A stretch of DNA of 63,341 nucleotides, the filler included, from Sminthopsis crassicaudata (Eukaryota), in NCBI RefSeq assembly GCF_048593235.1. It is 3 parts of 3 records of this genome, joined end to end, with 100 filler letters (N's around TTAATTAATTAA, not from the genome) between each part and the next. Parts side by side here need not be neighbours in the genome. Positions count along the whole stretch, not along the records: positions 45,517 to 63,341 come from NC_133619.1; 2 more parts are not named here. One strand, given 5' to 3'. Below the pieces are notes generated by a model. That model saw nothing but the letters and a program-made list of their open reading frames with translations. It did not search any database and was not told the DNA's origin. Made by a program: the position numbers and the translations under genes. The first letter of the stretch is position 1. The number at the start of each line of letters is the position of its first letter. Shown here piece after piece: positions 59,631 to 63,341 of this stretch.

Positions 59631-60239
59631 AACTCAGATCTGAACTTCTGATTCTGCAGAAAAGTCTAGGAATCTACCTCATACAGGTAAGAATGAAGAA
59701 AATAGCAGCAAACCCAAATTCCTAAGAACCAGCTTCCCTGGGCTGCTAGAAACATCAAATGGACATCACTCAGCTTTGGCTTTTTCTAAGAGTAGAGAAT
59801 ATCTTCTCCAACAGAATCAGATGGTTTAAATCTCTACTTAGTGGCCTATGATCACAAGAGAACCTACTCACTGACAATGGGGCTGTATTTCACTGAAGAC
59901 AACAGTCTATAAATAAATGATAAAACATAAGAGAGAATTCATGCTAAAGGAAAACCTCAGACTCCACAATGTCAGTCATGCCTCATAAATCCTCTTACTC
60001 TGGATTGCCCCATTTAGAGGCAGATTAGGTGTAAAATACTGGTTTTGAATGAGGTCCAGCCAAAATTTACACAGTCCAAAGGACTTAAAGAAAGAATTGT
60101 GATTTTTGGAAGGTTCTGGCTTCTGGATAAAAAATACATCTTTGATTGTGAATCTTTGAAGGAGACTCAATTTAATCATAATAGTTGAAGTCTATACATT
60201 AGTACAACATACAAGGCAAGAGGAGAATTGTAAGGGAGC

Positions 60240-61280
60240 CAAACTAAGACCCCAGAGTTATAGACCATGATGTCTTGGAGTTGGAAAGGACCTTAGGCTA
60301 ACCATTTGCAGCTAACCTAACTTCATCCTGAATTATGAATCCTGTCTACCGAACCTCCCCAACAAGTAGTCATTGTACCTCTATTTAAAGACCTCCAATG
60401 AACTCACCACCTCTAGAGGAAGTCCATTCCATTTTGGGACTGCTCTAATTGTCTGGAATTTTTTCTTACAGTAGTCAAAAATGACCTTCCTGTAATTTCC
60501 TCTCTAATCACTCTTCCACATGACATCTTCAAATATTTGAATACTGTTATCATGGTTCCTCTAAGTTTCTTATTCTCCAGGCTAAACATCCCCCTAGTTC
60601 TTTCAACTGAATGTCATATTGTACAGTTGATAATCCCCTTAACATATTGTGTATTTTCCTTTAAACAAGGTACAACTCATCCACATTCTTTCTATCTCAC
60701 CCAGATTCTTCACAGAAGGGGGGGGGGCGCGAGATTGATATGGAACACTATATAAAATGCTGGACTTCTTTTTTTTTGATATTTTGGTTAGTTTTGTTTA
60801 ACTGGCTTTCTCCCCTCCCTTTTTAAAATTTTCTGTAATTAGAAATAGCTCTCAAGAGTGAGAGGGGGAAGTATAGAAAGGCAATTTTAGGTGATTATAA
60901 GGATATTCCTACAAATTTATTTTTAAAGATGAATATTTTCTTTATTAAAAAAAGAAAGAAAAATATGTAAACAGTAGCATGAGATGTCCAGAACTGAACA
61001 TAATAGTCCAAATGTGGTGTGACCAAAGCAGAGGATAACCTATCACCTCCCTCAAACTGGATACTATTAATGAGTAATTCTTTTGGCTGCCATATTGTAT
61101 CAAATACTAATATTGGGATAGCAAAATCCTTCAAAATCCCACATAGACTTTTCTATTTATATCTTCCTAAACTGTACCATGATTGTTGATTTTTAAAACT
61201 TAATTACAAAACTTTAAATTTACTCCCTTTTAATTTTCATCTTTTTATCACAATGTTCCAATAAGCCCCTTGAAAGAAGG
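60240..61280 (-). mobile_element. CR1/L3 LINE remnant
   Basis: ORF 60895-61134 contains SALVTPHLDYYVQFW, a degenerate CR1 SALVRPHLEYCVQFW motif. Confidence 0.65.
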
Positions 61281-61489
61281 AATTGTTCTATGTATTATCT
61301 TTGTTTCCAAGTGGCTAACATCATATCTAACATATCTTAGTCACTCAAAAAAATTATTTGTTGATTGACTAAGATTTTTTGATAATATTTTTATCCACTG
61401 TATTAGTTATCTCAAACTCATCCCTCCAACTTTATGTCATTCAAAAATGTGGTGAGCATGCTATCTGTAGCATGGTACTCAGGCAGCTG

Positions 61490-61720
61490 GGTGGTACAGT
61501 GGTTAGATAGAGTGCTGTGCTTGAAGTCAGGAAGACCTGACTCAGACTCTACTAATTGTATGATCCTGGGTGAGTCTGTCTGCCTCAGTTTCATCAACTA
61601 TAAAATGGGGACAACAATACCATTTATCTTGCAGGTTTGTTTCAAGAATTAAATGAGATAATATTTGTAAGATGTTTAACACAGTACCTGGTACATAGTA
61701 ATACTTCAATAAATGCATAT
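61490..61720 (+). mobile_element. MIR SINE
   Basis: GGTGGTACAGTGGTTAGATAGAGTGC...GCCTCAGTTTCATCAACTATAAAATGGGG...GAATTAAATGAGATAAT. Confidence 0.65.
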
Positions 61721-61811
61721 TCCCCTCCTCCCCACCCTGCATTGATGCTTTCTTCAAAATCATTGGTTAAAGATAATGAAAAGAACAGTCAGATCCTTAA
61801 ATTTAAGAATA

Positions 61812-61952
61812 GAGGCAGCTAGAATACAGTGGATAGAGCATCTGCCCTGAAGTCAAGAGGACCTGAGTTCAAATCTAACCTCAGACACTTAACACTGCCT
61901 GGCTGTGTGACCCTGGGCAAGTCACCTAACCCCAATTGCCTCAGAAAAAAAA
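61812..61952 (+). mobile_element. WSINE1-like SINE
   Basis: GAGGCAGCTAG...GTGGATAGAGC...GAGTTCAAATC...GACCCTGGGCAAGTCAC plus an A tail. Confidence 0.8.
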
Positions 61953-62149
61953 GAATTCCCTAAAGCTTGGCAGGGGCCACTGGACATCAATGACTCTGGA
62001 GGGGAGGGGGAAACTAATGATTGCACAACTCTGCCTCACTTAAATCCAATTCCCTGGAATGTTAGGACATCACTCTCAGGATGTCTTTAGTCCTTTTCAA
62101 GTAAGTAGGACAAACAACAGAGGTTGACACTAATATATCAATCAACACT

Positions 62150-62600
62150 CCTTGAGATTCATCAGCTATCTAGTTTCAAAGCTACCCAAGTATACTATCA
62201 ATCTAATCCATGTCCTTCTATATTGTTTGCAAGGTTATTGTAAGATGATTTGTCGATTGCTTTGATAAAATCCAGAGATACTGGGTCAATGGCATTCCCC
62301 AGATCTTTCAGCCTAATACTCTCATTTAAAAAAAAAAAAAGTAAAGTAAATAAGATTAATCTGACACAACTTGTCCTTAATGAACCCATGCTGGCTTTTA
62401 GTAATTACTTCTTTCCTTTCTAAGTGCTCATAAACCATCCCTGGATAAACAGTTCTAAACTTTTACCAGGAATCAACATTAAGTTCTTTGACCTATTGTT
62501 CTTCTTTTCAAGCATTTACTTCCTTCCCCTTTTTGGAAATCAGGTCAACATTTGCCCATCTCCCGTTCCGAGGCACCTCTCATATGCTACTCAAGTTCCC
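62150..62600 (-). mobile_element. CR1/L3 reverse-transcriptase remnant
   Basis: ORF 62198-62389 (GNAIDPVSLDFIKAIDKSSYNNL...GLD) matches the CR1 RT motif GNAVDxxYLDFSKAFDxVxH...GLD. Confidence 0.75.
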
Positions 62601-63341
62601 AGATTGCCTAATTCTAGGCTCAGCTGCTTACTGCAGCTCTGTCCTGTTAACTTATGTTGTTTCTTTTTCTGTGTAACAGCAAGTGGGGCTGGTATGTTTA
62701 TTGTTTCAATGGTCCTGAGAGGCTGCGGAGTAGAGCTTAGTGTTACAGTATTCAACACCAGTTCATCTGGGAAACAGTTTATCTCTTCACCACAAGCAGG
62801 TAAAAGATGTGAAGTTGTAAACATGTGCTATAAAATGTCCCAAAGCAAATCCTGCTCAGAATGTCACACTGTCTTTCAGATCCCTGCCTGACCCCTGCGG
62901 AGAAATACAGTACATTTCTGGCAAGGAGAGAGTATTGTCTGGGTGGTGTTTCTGGCTCAGAAAAGCAGTCGGCTGCCGCCTAGCAGAGCAACTAAGAGAT
63001 CCAGGATTCCTCAGTTCTTTTCCAGGGATCATCCCTGGCTTGAGGTGGAATTTTTCCACTGGTTGCTTTGTGCCTCAGTTTCTCCTAAACACATCTGGTG
63101 CCTAAATTGACAGAGATGAATTTGCTTTAATATCCTTCAGAATCATAAAATGCTTGGGAAATTGGATCTCCTCTATTGTACAGGATGACTTCGATTTTGA
63201 GCCCTAGGTTCTGAGGTGACCAGGAGGACTGTGCATAGAACACAAGCTGCTAGGTCTACCTATGGTATAGCAGAAAGGACATTGCATGTAAAGTCAAGAG
63301 ACCCGAGTGTAGTAGTCTGAGACCCCTCTGGAATGTGGGAC

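Noticed and set aside
62198-62389. ORF as a host protein exon
   Set aside because: It is a degenerate CR1/L3 reverse-transcriptase motif.
1-63341. CRISPR arrays, tRNA or rRNA genes, prokaryotic systems
   Set aside because: No spaced direct-repeat array or full tRNA/rRNA structure was seen; the A/B-box motifs belong to SINEs.

Overview
Draft-assembly window from a marsupial, probably a dasyurid, judged from the L1 and tRNA-derived SINE sequences. It holds three blocks joined by two identical artificial 100-nt spacers (44 N + TTAATTAATTAA + 44 N) at 20192-20291 and 45417-45516. Block 1 (1-20191) is repeat-rich upstream DNA, the conserved GFAP enhancer and promoter, and GFAP exons 1-3 (+); exons 4-9 are not in the window. 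Block 2 (20292-45416) is extremely GC-rich and compact. It carries IARS1 (-; non-coding exon 1 plus 32 coding exons, last coding exon missing), an H/ACA snoRNA matching SNORA84 in IARS1 intron 1, an ATF4-type CARE at the IARS1 start, and the last 7 coding exons of NOL8 (-). Block 3 (45517-63341) is AT-rich MIR/L2/CR1/L1 debris with no recognisable gene. The best leads are: a 78-nt exact inverted templated insertion with an 8-bp duplication inside a young L1 3' UTR; internal evidence of strong AT-to-GC biased substitution in block 2 (a SINE copy, codon third positions, amino-acid shifts) with one IARS1 exon spared; a GC-AG intron; an apparent IARS1 frameshift that is probably a homopolymer error; and a CARE/uORF/oligopyrimidine arrangement in the IARS1 leader. 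I found no evidence of a wholly new biological system. Gene identities rest on my recall of human orthologue sequences, not on a database search.
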